A stretch of 64,000 nucleotides of DNA from Malacoraja senta (GCA_038087875.1 CM075987.1:16432001-16496000); one strand, 5' to 3'; positions 38,033-51,679 are shown, counted from the stretch's first letter. The notes: generated by a model not told the origin, from the sequence alone. A program made the numbers and translations.

Positions 38033-38749
38033 CTGAGGACGCACAAGCAGATGTAAACTTTGAAGCAAGCATGTACTTTCTCAGTAATAATATTCCCTCC
38101 TTGCCATATTAAACACCGTTTTCTCAGGCAGTTTCAGTGTCCTGCCCAATCTCACTACAAAAGTCCAGAAGGGTCTCGACCCGAAATGCCACCCATCCCT
38201 TTTCTCCAGAGATGCTGCCTGTCCCGCTGAGTTACTCCAGCATTTTGTGTCTATCTTTGGTGTAAACCAGCATCGGCAGTTCCTTCCCACACGCTCCCTT
38301 CATTTTGCTCTGATTATTACAAAGTCAAAAAGCATTGCTGCAGAGGAATTGCGTAGATGCTATCCTAATTGGTCCATATTAAATTAGCACTCTTTAATAT
38401 TACTACAAATGGACAGTACATCTACTGGGGAAAATTCAGTGGAGTTCAAGAAAGTGATAGAACACAAAATTCTGGAGTAACTCAGCAGGTTCAGTAGCAT
38501 ATCTGGAGGACATGGATAGGTAACATTTCGGGTCAGGACACTTCTTCAGAAGACTTCATCCTTTTTACGATTCTGAGTAAGGGTATTGACCTGAAACGTC
38601 ACTGTACTGTTCTGTGTTCTATATCCAGTTCATTCCTCATTACTAAATCTCGGAGGACTTACTGTGAAACAGGATGTCAATCTGCCCTTTAATTATATTT
38701 ACTTACCTGTACTGACTGGCTATTAGCTGTATTATACTTTTCATACAGA

Positions 38750-39175
38750 GAGCATAGAACAGTACAGCACAGGAACAGGCCCTCTGGCCTACAATGTCTG
38801 TGCCAAACATGATGCCAGGTTGAACTAATCTCCTCTAACTGCACGTGATCCATATCCTGACATTTCCATGTGCTTATCTAAAAGCTTCTTAAATGCAATT
38901 GTCGCATTTGTCTCCACCACCACCCCTTGCAGTCCGGTCCAGGTACCCACCACACTGTGTTAAAAAAACAAACTTGCCCCGCACATCTCCTTTAAACTTT
39001 GCTCCTCTCACTTCAGACTTATACCCTCTAGTCTTCGGCATTTCCACCCAGTGAAAAAGGTTCTGACTGTCTACCCTGTCTAGACCTCTCATAATTTTAC
39101 ATACTTCTATCAGGTCTCTCCTCAGTTACCGAAACACCAGAGAAATAATCCAGGTTTGTTTAACCACTCCTATAG
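38750..39175 (-). mobile_element. CR1 3' fragment
   Basis: MRGLDRVD...KTRG...GKF translation. Confidence 0.78.
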
Positions 39176-39687
39176 CTAAAGAAAGGACAAAGCTCTGGAG
39201 TGACTCCGCAGATCAGGAGGCATCTCTGAAGAACATGGATAGGTGATGCTTCAGGTTGGGACCCAGTCTAAGGAAGGGTTCCGATCCAAGGCACTGTCAT
39301 ATCCATGTTTTCCAGAGATAATGCCCAACCGGCTGAGTTACGCCAGCACTGTCTTTTTTTTAAATAAACCAGTTCCTTCTGTCAACGCTCTCCTTGCCCT
39401 TTAAATGTTATTCCCTTATCATGTATCTATACATGTAAATGGCTCGACTGTAATCATACATTATCTTTCCACTGACTGGTTAGCATATAACAAAAGCTTT
39501 TCACTGTACCTCGGTACACGTGACAATAAACTAAACTGAATTGATCTCATTTTGGTAGTATTCTGGTAAACCTTTGCACCCTCTCTGATGTCTCCACATC
39601 CTTCCTGTAATAGGGTGACCAGAAATGCACATGTTCAATCTCTACATAGAATTTAATTTATTTGTTACAATTGAGAATCCGTCTCAC

Positions 39688-39824
39688 CTGTGCCTGGTAC
39701 TGAGTGTACAATTGCTCCTTCTCTCCCTGCAGCTGCTTTATATTCCCCTCCAGCATTCTCTCTTGCTCTGTGGGCCCTTCGGGTTGCGGTGTAGTTTGAC
39801 TTTCACTCACCTCACAGGATATTT
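39688..39824 (-). CDS. GOLGA2: GOLGA2 coding exon, EISCEVSESQTTPQPEGPTEQE...YQAQ
   Basis: gtttag| and |gtgaga; 137 nt, phase 1-0. Confidence 0.92.
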
Positions 39825-40149
39825 CTAAACAACACAAGACAGTCAACATTTTAAACTCAGTTAATCAAGATGATACACATTATATTTTCACCACAAAAAT
39901 GTTTAATGATCAAGTTCTATTTCAATTACAAGATTTTTGGATTTAAAAATGAGTGGTTGAAAATCATGGAGCTTAAGTGTCCAATTCACCAATATAACTT
40001 GTAATATTAAACATAAAACAGTACAGAACAGGAACAGGCCTTACAGTCAATAATATCTGTGCTGAAGATGTTGCCAAGAACAACTCTAACCTGTCTGCGC
40101 ATAATCCATATTCCATTATTCCCTGCATATCCATGTGCCTTTCTAAAAG

Positions 40150-40670
40150 CGTGCAGTTCTGATCGCCCCATTACAGCAAGGATGTGGAGGCTTTACCAGA
40201 ATGCTACCTGGATTAGGGAGTATTTGCTACAAAGAAACTTTGGACACATTTGGATTGTTTTCTCTGGAACGCCAGAGGTTGAGAGGGGACCAGATAAAAG
40301 TATATACAATTATAAGAGGCATAGACAGTAATTGTAAGAGGTTGACAGTCAGAACAATTTTCCCAGGGTGGAAATGCCAAAGACTAGAGGACATAGCTTC
40401 AAGGTGAGAGGACAAAGTTTAAAGGAGATGTGCAGGGCCATTTCTTTTTTTTAAACAGAGTAGTGGGTGCGGGATCGTGCAGCCAGTGGTGGTGGTAGCG
40501 ATGGATTGGAGAGTGGCGTTGAAGAGGCTTTTAGATAGGCACATGGATATGCAGGGAATGAAAGGATATGGCTCATGTGCAGGCAGAGGAGATTAGTTTA
40601 ACTTGGCGTTATGCTCGGCTCACAGACTTTGTGGGTGAAAGGGCCTGTTCCTGATCTGTACTGTTCTATG
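40150..40670 (+). mobile_element. CR1 3' fragment
   Basis: MLPGL...GLFSLE.QRLRGD translation; ctgtactgttctatgtt tail. Confidence 0.8.
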
Positions 40671-43051
40671 TTATTTATTCATAAGGATCCATTGCTCATA
40701 TTCTTAACTCCTCTTCTTCAAATATTTATCTACTTTCCTTTAAAAGGGCAACCTTTACAAATCATATTAAGATTTCCAAAAATCTAAAGAATAGCAATTT
40801 TACTGTGTCACATTATCCTTGCTAAAATGGTTAAATTTAGAAAATACTCTTCTTGCATTACAATAGTGCCAACACCTCAAAAAGTTACTTAATAGGCTCT
40901 TGAACACTACACTAACCTCAGCAACTATGATCTTCTATAGACTGCATCTCTGATTGCACTACAGACTTCAGTTTTGCATTACTGTTATGTAGTATTACGA
41001 TCTTTTATTGTATTATTGTTTATTATATTTTTGTGTGTTATTGCATTCACAGCCTGTTTAGCTGCAGCAGTTAAGAATTTCATTTTTCCGTTACTGGTCT
41101 CTATGACAATTAAACTCTCTTGACTCTTGTAAAATACACAGTAAGTGGAGGTTGTACAGCTGGTACACAAATAAAGTATTTTACTCTCTGAATATTACAG
41201 AATCTAACTGCTCACAAAGTCTGCATTTTCTGCTGAGATCCAAAAGTGTTATTATTCTCCTATCACTGTCTTTAATCAATTAAAGCAATTATTGGAAATT
41301 CTGAAAACAGCATGTGGGTACAACTTACTATAACACTGATCCTGACATTTCAAAATATGAGGCGGGGATGGAGAGGAAAAAGCAAAACAACAAATTCTGA
41401 GCAGTGGGATACCAATGGATAATTCAGTTCTTGGAATCAGAAGATACAACTTTCGTATTTCACCATATCCTGGATAGTTTTTTTAAAATACTATCTACAT
41501 CTTAACCTTGAAAAGTGATAAGGGGACTCTGAAGACGTGCATTAAGATGGCCCTTGTCGGGATGTTTTGCTTATGTTTTCCACATAAATTGATTAAACTG
41601 CAAAAACAGTGGGTGCAATGAAAGGTGCCACATAATTGCAAATGTATTCTACACTTCTGGGAAAAAATAGATAATTTGTTGTTGGTTTGGAAGGCTATGA
41701 GCCCAATGAAAGCAATTGGGTCGAGCCCAATGTGCTAACTTGGTCAGCATGGACAAGGTGGATCCTGGCTCAAGGGGTGATTAGTGGGCATTCACTTTAT
41801 GGGTCACATAACTGAATAAACTACAATTTAGGAATTCTTGACAAATCAGCTTTAATTTGTAGTTGCCAACTATGTAATCTCCATTCACTAAGCAAATACA
41901 GCATATCCTTCTTTGCAAGCATCCTCGACAAAGAGCAATCCTCCGTTCCTTGCATAATCCTCAAGGAAATTCAAAGCTCTTCCCATTGTGTTTCACTGCT
42001 GACCTCATTCTTAGCACATTGCAAATGTGTTTACTATAGACCAGTGTTCTGAGGAGTTTCCAGAGAATAACAGTTACACATCCTTAAACAGAAACAAACA
42101 TTGGATTAACGCCTGTTCTTCTACCCAGTGGACAGCAGAGATTATAAAAACCCATATTCTGAAGGAAGTCTAAAAAGGATAGAATGAAAAAAGGGAGTAG
42201 TTATGAAGTCCGTAGGTATATCATCCTCTGCCAAAAACCATGGATTTCTTCAAGTTGCTTTTGTTCTGACTTACTGCCAATCAGAGAAAGTTGCTGCAGA
42301 TCTCACCACAGTCTTATTGGGTTTGTTCATCAATTAACATAAAACAAGTAAATTGATTATCCAGGTCAGAAAAGGGCTTAGGTCATCGATCTGAAGAAGG
42401 GTTCCAACCCAAAACGTCACCTATCCATGTTCTCCAGCAACGCTGCCGAGCCTGCTAAGTTACTCCAGCACTTTTTGTTGTTTTGTTTTCTGCAGTTCAT
42501 AGTTTCTACATTTTGTTGCTTTGGGATCACTGTTCTATACAAGTTCGATATGTTGCAAACATCTTCATTACACTTTTGCCACCTGGTGTTCTGCAGCGGG
42601 TGAGATTTACATCTGGAACTCTTCAGTCAGAGTTGCACAGCATGGAAACAGGAGCTCCAGCCCAACTTGGCCATGCTGATCAAGATGCTACATTAATGCT
42701 AGTCCATTTGCCCATATTTCTCTAAACCTATCCAATCCCTGCACCTTTCTAAATGTTGTTTAAATGTTGCTACCTCAACATCCTCTGACAACTCGTTCCA
42801 TACACTCACTGCCATCTGTGAAAAAGTTGCTCCTCAAGTTCATATTAAATCTTTCCACTTTCAAATCACCATAAACTTATGCCCCCCCCCATGTTCTTGA
42901 GTCTCCTCTCCTAGAAAAAAAGAATGTGTATTCACCCTATCTATTCCTCCACTTATTAATGATGCCAAATATGATTATACTTAAACAATTCAATTCATGC
43001 TGTAAGTTGTGATGTTTTAGCCAAATGCTGCAAAAACACATCTCGAATTAC

Positions 43052-43139
43052 CTGATCTATTCTTAAGGTCAGTCAATGAAGTTTCCAAGTCCTGCATATA
43101 CTCGAGACTTTGTTTCTTCTCCTCTGAAAGTGCATTCAC
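43052..43139 (-). CDS. GOLGA2: GOLGA2 coding exon, VNALSEEKKQSLEYMQDLETSLTDLKNRS
   Basis: tttctgcag| and |gtaatt; 88 nt, phase 0-1. Confidence 0.93.
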
Positions 43140-44039
43140 CTGCAGAAACAACATGATCAATAATTGCATTGAGATAGGAAAGACCGTTTAATCAATGTGC
43201 ATTCTCAGGTGGAGATACTTCTGCTGGAGATTAATCTAACAAATTGTGCAAGCACTTCCCATGATTATATCCAATAGAATTCTTAGATTTTGTTTATGAA
43301 ATTATTTAAGCATTGTAATCACAATTTGCAAACCAAAAATGAATTAAAAATAGGGAATATTAGAAACACTTAGTCAGGCAACAAACCTGGGGCAAAAGTC
43401 ATATTTGGATTTCAACATCCAGTAATGAAAGCTATAAATTATATCTGGATCTTATATTCTCACTGGCTATTTTGCTAAGCTTATTAGATCTACTCAGTCA
43501 TTGTTTGTAGACAAAAAGGCAGTGCTACGCATATAACAGTTCATGCTACATGCAGTTGTACATCAATCCAGTTTTTAACTTTTTAGAGGAGTCCGTACAA
43601 AAAAAAAGTAGTTGATTGACTTCTAGATTCTGGGTCATTTACCAGCTGGTTTATGTATTTAAGTACATTAAGTTAATCAATCACATCACAAGAACATGCA
43701 AACATTTTCAATTCTAATTTCAGCGCACAATCTGTAATAGTTTGTTCAACCATTACAAGGATCTGTACAGTGGGATTTTGGCTGGCATTTTATTGCATTC
43801 ACTCTTGTGGTTTATTTTTTGGATGAATGTGGAGAGTTCCCAGAGGGTTCAGAACCACCGATCTCTGCTGGTTTTTGCATTGATAAAATAGTGTTGCTCT
43901 TCACTGTGAGCCAGTGTCTCAAAGTGTCATCTCCAGTGAAAGCACATGGTTCCCATTGGCGACTGGTGACAACAGAGGCCCTTTAGTTGACTATTTGCTA
44001 TGGATAGTGTGAACATTCCAGACAAGTATATAACATTCA

Positions 44040-44460
44040 CAAGCTATGGGGAGAGTTTGAGCAGGCTAGGACCTTATTCCTTGGAGTGCAGGAGGCTCAG
44101 CAGTGATCTTGCAGAGGTGTATCGAAGCATAGTGAATAGATAGGGCAAATGCAGTTTTTTCTTAGGTTAGAGGAATCAAGAACTCAAGGTCATGGTTTTA
44201 AGTTGAAAGGGGAAAGATTTAATAGGAACCTGAATGGGCAACTTTTTCACACCAAGGGTAGTGGGTATATGGAACAAGGTGCCAGAGGAGGTAGTTGAGG
44301 CAGGGAGAATAACAACATTTAAAAGTCATTTGGACAGGTACATGGATAGGAAAGGTTTAGAGGAGTATGGATCAAATGAAGGTAAATGGGACGAGCTTAC
44401 ATGGGGCATCTTGGGCGGCATGGCTGAGTTGGGCCGAATGGCCTGTTTCAGTTCTGTCTG
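44040..44460 (+). mobile_element. CR1 3' fragment
   Basis: GNFFTPRVVGIWN..PEEVVEAG.I..FK.HLD. Confidence 0.8.
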
Positions 44461-44936
44461 ACTAAGAAATCTGCAAAATAGCCAGTGGGGAAGAGGAAAC
44501 AAGTTTGAAAACATGAAAATATCATGATGTGGAATGCAATGAATGGTAAGTCAGTGGATAAAGATTTAACAACAGCATTAGAAAAGGGAACTGGTATACA
44601 GCCAGAAAGCAAAAATATAATAGGCAAATTGGGCAGCTGCTTCAAAGAACCCGCAAAGGTTATTTAGGTACCAAACAACTAAGCTGCACTGCAAGATTTT
44701 GGGATATGTTGCATATCCAAAACCAGTCTGCACCATAAGGTGAAAAAGACATAATCTTATCTTACCCGAATATGACAGAAACAATCCCATAGTACTTGGA
44801 TATCAAGTAAATATTTGAATTCTAAAACTGAACACATTACATGTGTTTTCAACAAAAAAAAGGAAATATTTGTCCTTTGAGTGCAAGTTGGAGCAACACA
44901 TTCACTACAGATTTAGGTCTTACTGTTACCACTAAC

Positions 44937-45044
44937 TTGTGCTGTAAGCTGTTGAACTTTCTCTTGCCAGATTCTGCCCTCCTCCTGCAGCTTCTGAGCG
45001 TACTGATCTCTTTCGGCAAGAAGCAACCGCAGTGACTCTGACAC
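44937..45044 (-). CDS. GOLGA2: GOLGA2 coding exon, VSESLRLLLAERDQYAQKLQEEGRIWQEKVQQLTAQ
   Basis: tttcag| and |gttagt; 108 nt, phase 0-0; ERD.YA motif. Confidence 0.95.
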
Positions 45045-46170
45045 CTGAAACCAACCACAACCGAAAATCAAGATCCATTTTAAAATTAGTGCTTTCTGCG
45101 TTATATGAATACAACTTAGGTTAGCAGGATTTTTAATTTGAAATCTTAAATCCTCTTCCAATATATCATGAGTATGTGAATTAAAAAAAATTATTACAAC
45201 TATATTGTTAGAAAATGACACTTGATATTTAGCCTGAAGGTTCAGCCATCCCTCAACCCAAATGATAGAACATAGAATAGCATAGGAACAGGTCCTCAGC
45301 CCAAATCCAGTCTGAATATGATGCCAAGTTAATCTAATCTCCTCTGCCTGCATATCCATGTACCTAGTTAGAAGCCTGTTAAATGCCACTGCTTCCTCCA
45401 CCGCCCCTGGCAGCAAGTTCCAGACCCCTACCACGCTCTGTAAAAAAAAAAATCCCCCCACATCTCCTTTAAATATTACCACTCTCACCTTAAAGCTTGG
45501 GCCTTGACATTTCCACCCAGGGAAAAAGACTGTCTCCCGTATGTGTATCTCTCAATCTTATATACTTCTATTGGGTCTCTCCTCAGCCTCTAACATTCTG
45601 GGGAACCAATCCAAGTATGTCCAACCTCTCCTAGATAATGCCCTCTAATCCAGGCAGTTTTAGGCTATTTTTTATTGCCCTTTCAGATAAATGAATTTAT
45701 TTCTACATTGGCATACATATGCACCTGAATACCCGAGTATTGACCAATTGCAAAATAGCAAGTGACTGAACTGATAGCTCCAAGATCTTCTCACACTATT
45801 ACATCCTCCAAAAAGTTTGCTCAGATTGGATTCTGCTCAAGCTGTTTTTCCCAACTCTCTGAAATAGCTGCAACCATACTTCCGAGCAAGTAGACAAAAA
45901 AAACAGATGTTGGAATCTTGTGTAAAATACAAAGTGCTGGAGGAACTCAGCACGTCAGGCAGCATCCGTGGAAGGAATGGACAGGCAACGTTTTGGATTG
46001 GGATCCTTCTTCAGATTCTGACCCACAAGAGCTTTTCTTATGTTCCTCGCTATTTTCAATGTGGCCTACAGAAAACCGAGCGCATACTAATCACACAGAA
46101 GTCAAGAACTCCATGTCATACACAAAGGATTGAGGCCCAACCAAGTGATTTTGACCCACAGAATCCTTAC

Positions 46171-46260
46171 CTGCATCAACTGTGCCTCTAACTGATTTTT
46201 TTCTTCAAGAACCACGTATAGCTGCTGATTAACTTCTGGCAACGCCGACTGATTTGAGAA
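46171..46260 (-). CDS. GOLGA2: GOLGA2 coding exon, FSNQSALPEVNQQLYVVLEEKNQLEAQLMQ
   Basis: ccttcag| and |gtaagg; 90 nt, phase 0-0. Confidence 0.94.
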
Positions 46261-46488
46261 CTGAAGGAGACAAAATAAAACGATTCTTACCAAAACATCT
46301 TAAACTTTGATCCGCATTATAAATATACTTATAATATTCAACACAAACCCTCAAATTGACAATGGTGGGATAGGATGTTGTTTTCTATGGACTTGGAAAT
46401 TGGGTAAACAGAAACATCTGTGGATAACTGATAAAGATCCTTATATTGTTTAAGAAGGTACTGCAGATGCTGGACCCGTTTCCTGTTG

Positions 46489-46827
46489 TGAAGAAGTTTT
46501 GTGATCAACCGTTTGTGATAGATTAACCATAGTATGACAAGTGATTGTATAATGACAAGTGTGCTTTGAATGGATTCGGCCTATGATTGATATGAGTATT
46601 GTGTTAAATGTCATTTCTGTAACTCTGCATAAGCATGTGACCACTTTTCCTACACACTATAAAAGACCTTGTAAGTCTTCGTTCATTAGAGTGGTGGCTC
46701 AGGAGAGTCAAGTGTCTGTTGCTTACTTGACTCTGTATCCCTGACCCTCTCGCCACCAAGATCAGTAAAGCTCGAGTTGGTTTACCTAACCCATTGTGTG
46801 TTGTCTGTTTTTAAGTGAACTTTATCA
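46489..46827 (+). mobile_element. Putative solo LTR
   Basis: TGAAGAAGTT...AACTTTATCA imperfect terminal inverted repeat, internal TATAAAAG and AGTAAA; no TSD found. Confidence 0.4.
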
Positions 46828-47194
46828 GAAAAGAAAACGCTCCTTGGGCAGATCTAGCGAAACACCTCTCCAAATCCGTAACCTAAGGTCACCCAACAGT
46901 TTGTCAGATAGTTGGCATGGCGAACAAGGTAGAACACTAATTCCAATTTGTAAAGTCAATTATGAACTAGGAACATTTTTTCAAAAGTGGTGAGAGCATA
47001 CAATATTGAAGTAACAAGTCAGCACAGTGTGCATTGAGCGAAGGGGCATGAACATCACAGGATTTATACCCTTCAATCATTTGTTAGGATACTGTCGTTA
47101 TTCCCTTTAGGGCTGTCTTTTGCTTCCCACCTCTTCTTGAGCCCTTACTACTTGATGTACAAGTTTAATGATTGAATCATCTCGACTAGAAATA

Positions 47195-49105
47195 GGCTGT
47201 GGGCCGAGGAGCTTTATTCCAGTGTTTTGTGACCCAAGTCACCAAACTACATGAAATTTTCACATATTGTGTAAAAAAATCATATAAATCACTCCTGAAA
47301 CTCGTCATGAACAAGACTTACGCATTTTCATTAAATTAGAGAAAAACCGGAAAAATTTCGGGTATTTTTAGTCCAATCAAAGCACGTTTAACATTGAGTT
47401 GTAAGCCAGTTGGCCAATCACGCGCTTTGTTTCAGGCTAGCTAGGCAGGGAGCACTGAGAGGGCTTCACCGATGCCTGTTTTACTGGAGATTCCGATGAA
47501 GATTTTTTCTAGTTCTGTGGAATACATGTCGTGGAAACTAGCAGCAGGGTAATTGAATTTAGTGAGAAAAGCATGAAGAAGTCTGAAGAATGTGCAGCTA
47601 AGTGGAATAAAGTCTTGAAAGCAATGTCCCTGCCTGAGGTGCTGCTGTCAAATTTTGTGAATCAACTGGAACTGTAAAGGTAAGATCTAAAGTCTGAATT
47701 AATGAAAATGAATCTGTATGCACTTTAATTAATTTAATTGCACCTTTATAATGTGAAAAAATGAGATTTGGAGGCTGTACATTCACTCATTCATTCACAT
47801 TCATACACTCATTCATACATTCACCTGTTGCTAGCTTCCTCCGCCTTCTTTTTGTTATGTTTTTGTTATGTTTGAAGAGTGTTTTTTGTGGGTTTTTTTA
47901 AATGTTTTTATGTGGGGGAAGAGGGTACAATAAGGGGGATACCGTCCTTCAGTCGCTTCCTTGAGAGGATGCGACTATTATTCGAGTCGCGTCCTCGCCC
48001 CCCCCCCCCCCACTCCGGCAGCAGCGGAGCAACGTTGGAAACATCGCGGGGCGGGCGATGCCTTACCGGGGATCGCGGTTTGGAGCTCCGGAGTGCTGGG
48101 CCTGCTGCACCGACAGCGCGGAGCTGCGGTTCGCAGATCTCCCAACGCGGGCGGCGCTGACCAACATCGTCGAGTCCTGCGACTCCACCCGGCTCGGCCT
48201 GTGGACTCCGGTGGGAGGTGGCTGATCAGCAGCCCGGACCTCCAGATCAGCCACCTCCCACCGGAGTCCGCAGGCCGAGCCGGGTGGAGTCGCAGGACTC
48301 GGCGATGTTGGTCAGCGCCGCCCGCGTTGGGAGCTCCGGAGTGCTGGGCCTGCTGCACCAACAGCGCAGAGCTGTGGTTCGTGGAGCTCCCAACGCGGGC
48401 GGCGCTGACCAACATCGCGGAGTCCGGATGATCTGGAGGTCCGGGCCGCTGAGGATGTTCTCCGTCGGGGTTCCACCGTTCCCGGCGAGAGGGCCTGAGC
48501 ATCGGGCCGTCCGTGGCGGCGACTGCAGGTGCTCGGGAGGCCCCGACTACGGGTGAACATCTGGGAAGATCGGCGGGGAGGCTGGCTGGACTATGGTACC
48601 TTCCTTAACTTTGGTGCCGCTGTGGGATTATGTTGTGTGTGGACTTCTGTGTTTGTGCTTTAAAAAAAAAAAAATGTTTATTTATTTATTATTTATTTTT
48701 ATGTTACTTGACTGTAAGGAAAATCCATTTCGTTGTCTCTAAAATGAGATGACAATAAATTGAATACAACAACAACAATTCACTCGTTCATTCACTCATT
48801 CATTCATGAAGTACATGAACTATATATATATATATATAGGTATAATCATATAGTTTAAATGGACTGCAACACGGAAATAGGCTGCCCATGGTGTAATATG
48901 GGCATTGGCCACTAGATGGCGCTTACTTTCCCGATCTTATTTTCTAATTAGTTTAATTAATTAATGTGCAGCTTTTGGCAATGACGAGTTATGACATCCT
49001 TCTCACTTATATTTCATCTAAATCTGTGGAAAATTTCATGTAGTTTGATGACTTGGGTCACGAAAACTGGATTCTAGACATATTTTTGATGCTCGGCCCA
49101 CAGCC
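47195..49105. mobile_element. Non-autonomous TIR DNA element with a nested GC-rich retroposon
   Basis: TA|GGCTGTGGGCCGAG...CTCGGCCCACAGCC|TA plus a subterminal inverted block gtgacccaagtcaccaaactacatgaaattt. Confidence 0.8.
47835..48780 (+). mobile_element. GC-rich non-autonomous retroposon with a Rex1-like 3' tail
   Basis: CpG-rich body; tail catttcgttgtctc...atgacaataaa plus short (CAA)n; flanked by (CATT)n-like microsatellite. Confidence 0.65.
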
Positions 49106-49148
49106 TAAAAGTGGGAAGCTATAATCTGAAATCTATAAGCTGCCCCAC

Positions 49149-49290
49149 CTGTTGAATCATCAGCTCAGCCATTTCCAGTTTCTTGTGCAAATCTTCAATG
49201 TTGTTTCTCATAGTTTCATTTTCCGATAGCCTGGACCGCAACTGTTCTGAGAGTTCAGAATTTTGCTGTTTTATCTCCTCACTCATTTTA
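49149..49290 (-). CDS. GOLGA2: GOLGA2 coding exon, (N)KMSEEIKQQNSELSEQLR...LEMAELMIQQ
   Basis: cttgcag| and |gtgggg; 142 nt, phase 2-0; lies in ORF 49119..49307. Confidence 0.95.
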
Positions 49291-49389
49291 CTGCAAGTCA
49301 AATACAAATAGTTGGTTTATCAGTTTGTTTTTTAAAGAATACAATTAGTTATGTCGCATTTAAGTCAGTAAATCTGTTTTGTAACTCAC

Positions 49390-49448
49390 TTTAGTTTGTA
49401 TACTTCTTGTCGCAGGTTCTCTCTCTCTTTTTCAATCTCTTTGCTTAT
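49390..49448 (-). CDS. GOLGA2: GOLGA2 coding exon, ISKEIEKERENLRQEVYKL
   Basis: tttacag| and |gtgagt; 59 nt, phase 0-2. Confidence 0.93.
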
Positions 49449-49537
49449 CTGTAAAGACACGTTTCAAAATAATATTAAGCACATTTTATTTCCCTAAATG
49501 AGAAGTTGGACTTTCTGTTGAAGAATTAGCCATTTAC

Positions 49538-49644
49538 TTTGTCAGACTGTTTGTGTTGGGATGAGATGGAGGACAGTGTGCGTTCCAGTTCTGTCACTCT
49601 TTGCCTCGATTGCTGCAACTTGTTACTTAAATCTTCCACCTCAC
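49538..49644 (-). CDS. GOLGA2: GOLGA2 coding exon, [36 protein letters not shown]
   Basis: ttttag| and |gtaaat; 107 nt, phase 1-0. Confidence 0.95.
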
Positions 49645-49772
49645 CTAAAAGGAAAAAATAAAGACAAAGATTAGAATTCAAGCTTTCCAGCAAACTACCA
49701 ACGTTTTCCTCAAAACAAAATCACGATTAGGTTGGCAGAGAAACATGGGTCTAATAATTCAAATGGCTTTAC

Positions 49773-49866
49773 CTGATTTTAGCCTTGCTGCCTGCTGTGT
49801 GTGGACCAAAGCTGTCTGGAGCTCCGATTTCTCAGATACCAAAATTCCAATGGTCTGAATGTGAAC
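49773..49866 (-). CDS. GOLGA2: GOLGA2 coding exon, [31 protein letters not shown]
   Basis: tctccag| and |gtaaag; 94 nt, phase 0-1; hallmark GM130 motif [13 protein letters not shown]. Confidence 0.97.
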
Positions 49867-50845
49867 CTGGAGATACAATTAAATTATTCAACATTCTCAA
49901 TGATTCTCAGTGCAAGATGGTGCTGCAACCTGGCGGCTCTCTGCATGCTGTTCCAGAACAGGATCTATTGTACTCACATATAGTATGATTTCGGTTTAGG
50001 TTTACTATTCCCACATGTACTAAGGTATAGTGCATAACTTTGTTTTGCATGTTACCCAATCAAATGGATACCATATATAAATACTATCAAGCCAAACTCA
50101 AGTACAACAGTTAGAGTGAAAGGAAAGATACATAGCGCATATTACTGGGAGGCATGTAGAACAAGCTTTTCACTGCATCCCTATACATGTGGCAATAAAT
50201 AAACAAAACTATACAACAATATTTAATAAATTTGTTTAAAGAACGTGGCCATCACGACAAGGGCATTGTTTATTTGCTCTGATCCGATACACGGTTCTGA
50301 ATCAATGACATGGGTGCACCTGGAGTTACGTCTAAGCCAGAGCAGGCAAGGTGGGTAGATTTCTGTCCCTAATGATTATGGTGTGTTTAAAAAAACAAAA
50401 CAAATAGGATGGTAACTGCATACTTACTTAAACTAGACCGACTGCTTTTTGAAAAATTCCAGATCAATTTAATTCTAAATTCCCCAGTAGCATCAGGTTT
50501 CATCCTTGCCACAAATTACATTTGGCACAGTCAGAATATGTAGTTCAGCTGACTACTTTGGGTCAGAGTTGCACAGGCACTTTAGCCCAGCATGTCCATG
50601 CTAATCATGATGGCCATCTTAGTTGGTTCCATTTACACACAGTCGCCCGATATCCCTCTGTACCTTTCCTATTCATGTACCTGTACAAATCTCTTTTAAA
50701 TGCTGTTATTGTGCCTACCCCAATTATTTCTTCTGGCAGCTCATTCCAGAAACCCACCACCCTCTGTGTGAAAACTGTACCAGGCAGTAAGTGCCGTTGA
50801 GCAGAGACCACTGGAGAAAAAAACCTTGCATCTTGACGAACTTAC

Positions 50846-50908
50846 TTGGAGCTGTTCTCTCATTGATGCATGTTCTTTGAAATATTTCTGTTCGGAATCT
50901 TTCTTATC
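50846..50908 (-). CDS. GOLGA2: GOLGA2 coding exon, DKKDSEQKYFKEHASMREQLQ
   Basis: tacttag| and |gtaagt; 63 nt, phase 0-0; leads into VHIQTIGIL. Confidence 0.92.
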
Positions 50909-51679
50909 CTAAGTAAATATGGATATATATTGTAAATATAACATCATATGGTGCAAACAAACAAACTTTCAAGAATAAAATGAAAGCAGGTTACAAATCT
51001 AATCCACTTAACATCTCATGTGCTGAGTAGGGTAATAAGACCCACAGGTATAAAACAAAGAAAATCAGAGATGACAAGGTTTTAGGAAAGCATGCAATGG
51101 TTTGAATGAATCACTGAAAACGGTGTGACTTTGCAATTCGCTTTGACTTTGACACTGACTTTGCAAAAAACTGAACAGTAAGGCACAGGTGAATCGTTCA
51201 AATGTAATCTGAAATAGAAAAAGAACTTTAGGTTTTTGCTTTTAACAAGCTACGGGAGGCAACTTGTGTGTGTAATTTCCAGGAGAAACCACTGGATGGC
51301 AGTCAGGGACTGAAATCTTGACAGAGTCTAGCAATCATTCAACAAAACAAATTGCTGGAGGAACTCAGAAGGTCAGACTGCATCTGTGGAGGGAACGGAC
51401 AGATGAGGTGTTGGGGTGGGATTGTTCTTTAGGTGGATGGAGCAGGAGGGGTGGGGGGGGGGGAGAAGACCAAAGTATGGCAAATCAAGAGGGATTTTGA
51501 AAGGCTGGAGGTGAAAATGAGACATAAGGGTGTCAGATAGGAGAGGAGTGAAATGTAATGCCCAAAGGAGGGAAAATGGGTGGATGGGGATTAGATTCAG
51601 ATTAATTTGTCACATATACCATTGTGCATTGAAATTCCTTGCTTGCCTGAAGCCCAGAGTAAACAGTGTACCTACAGTA

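Noticed and set aside
47879..48560. Several 60-174 aa ORFs on both strands, and CpG-island-like composition suggesting a promoter
   Set aside because: Explained by the GC-rich palindromic insertion within a retroposon.
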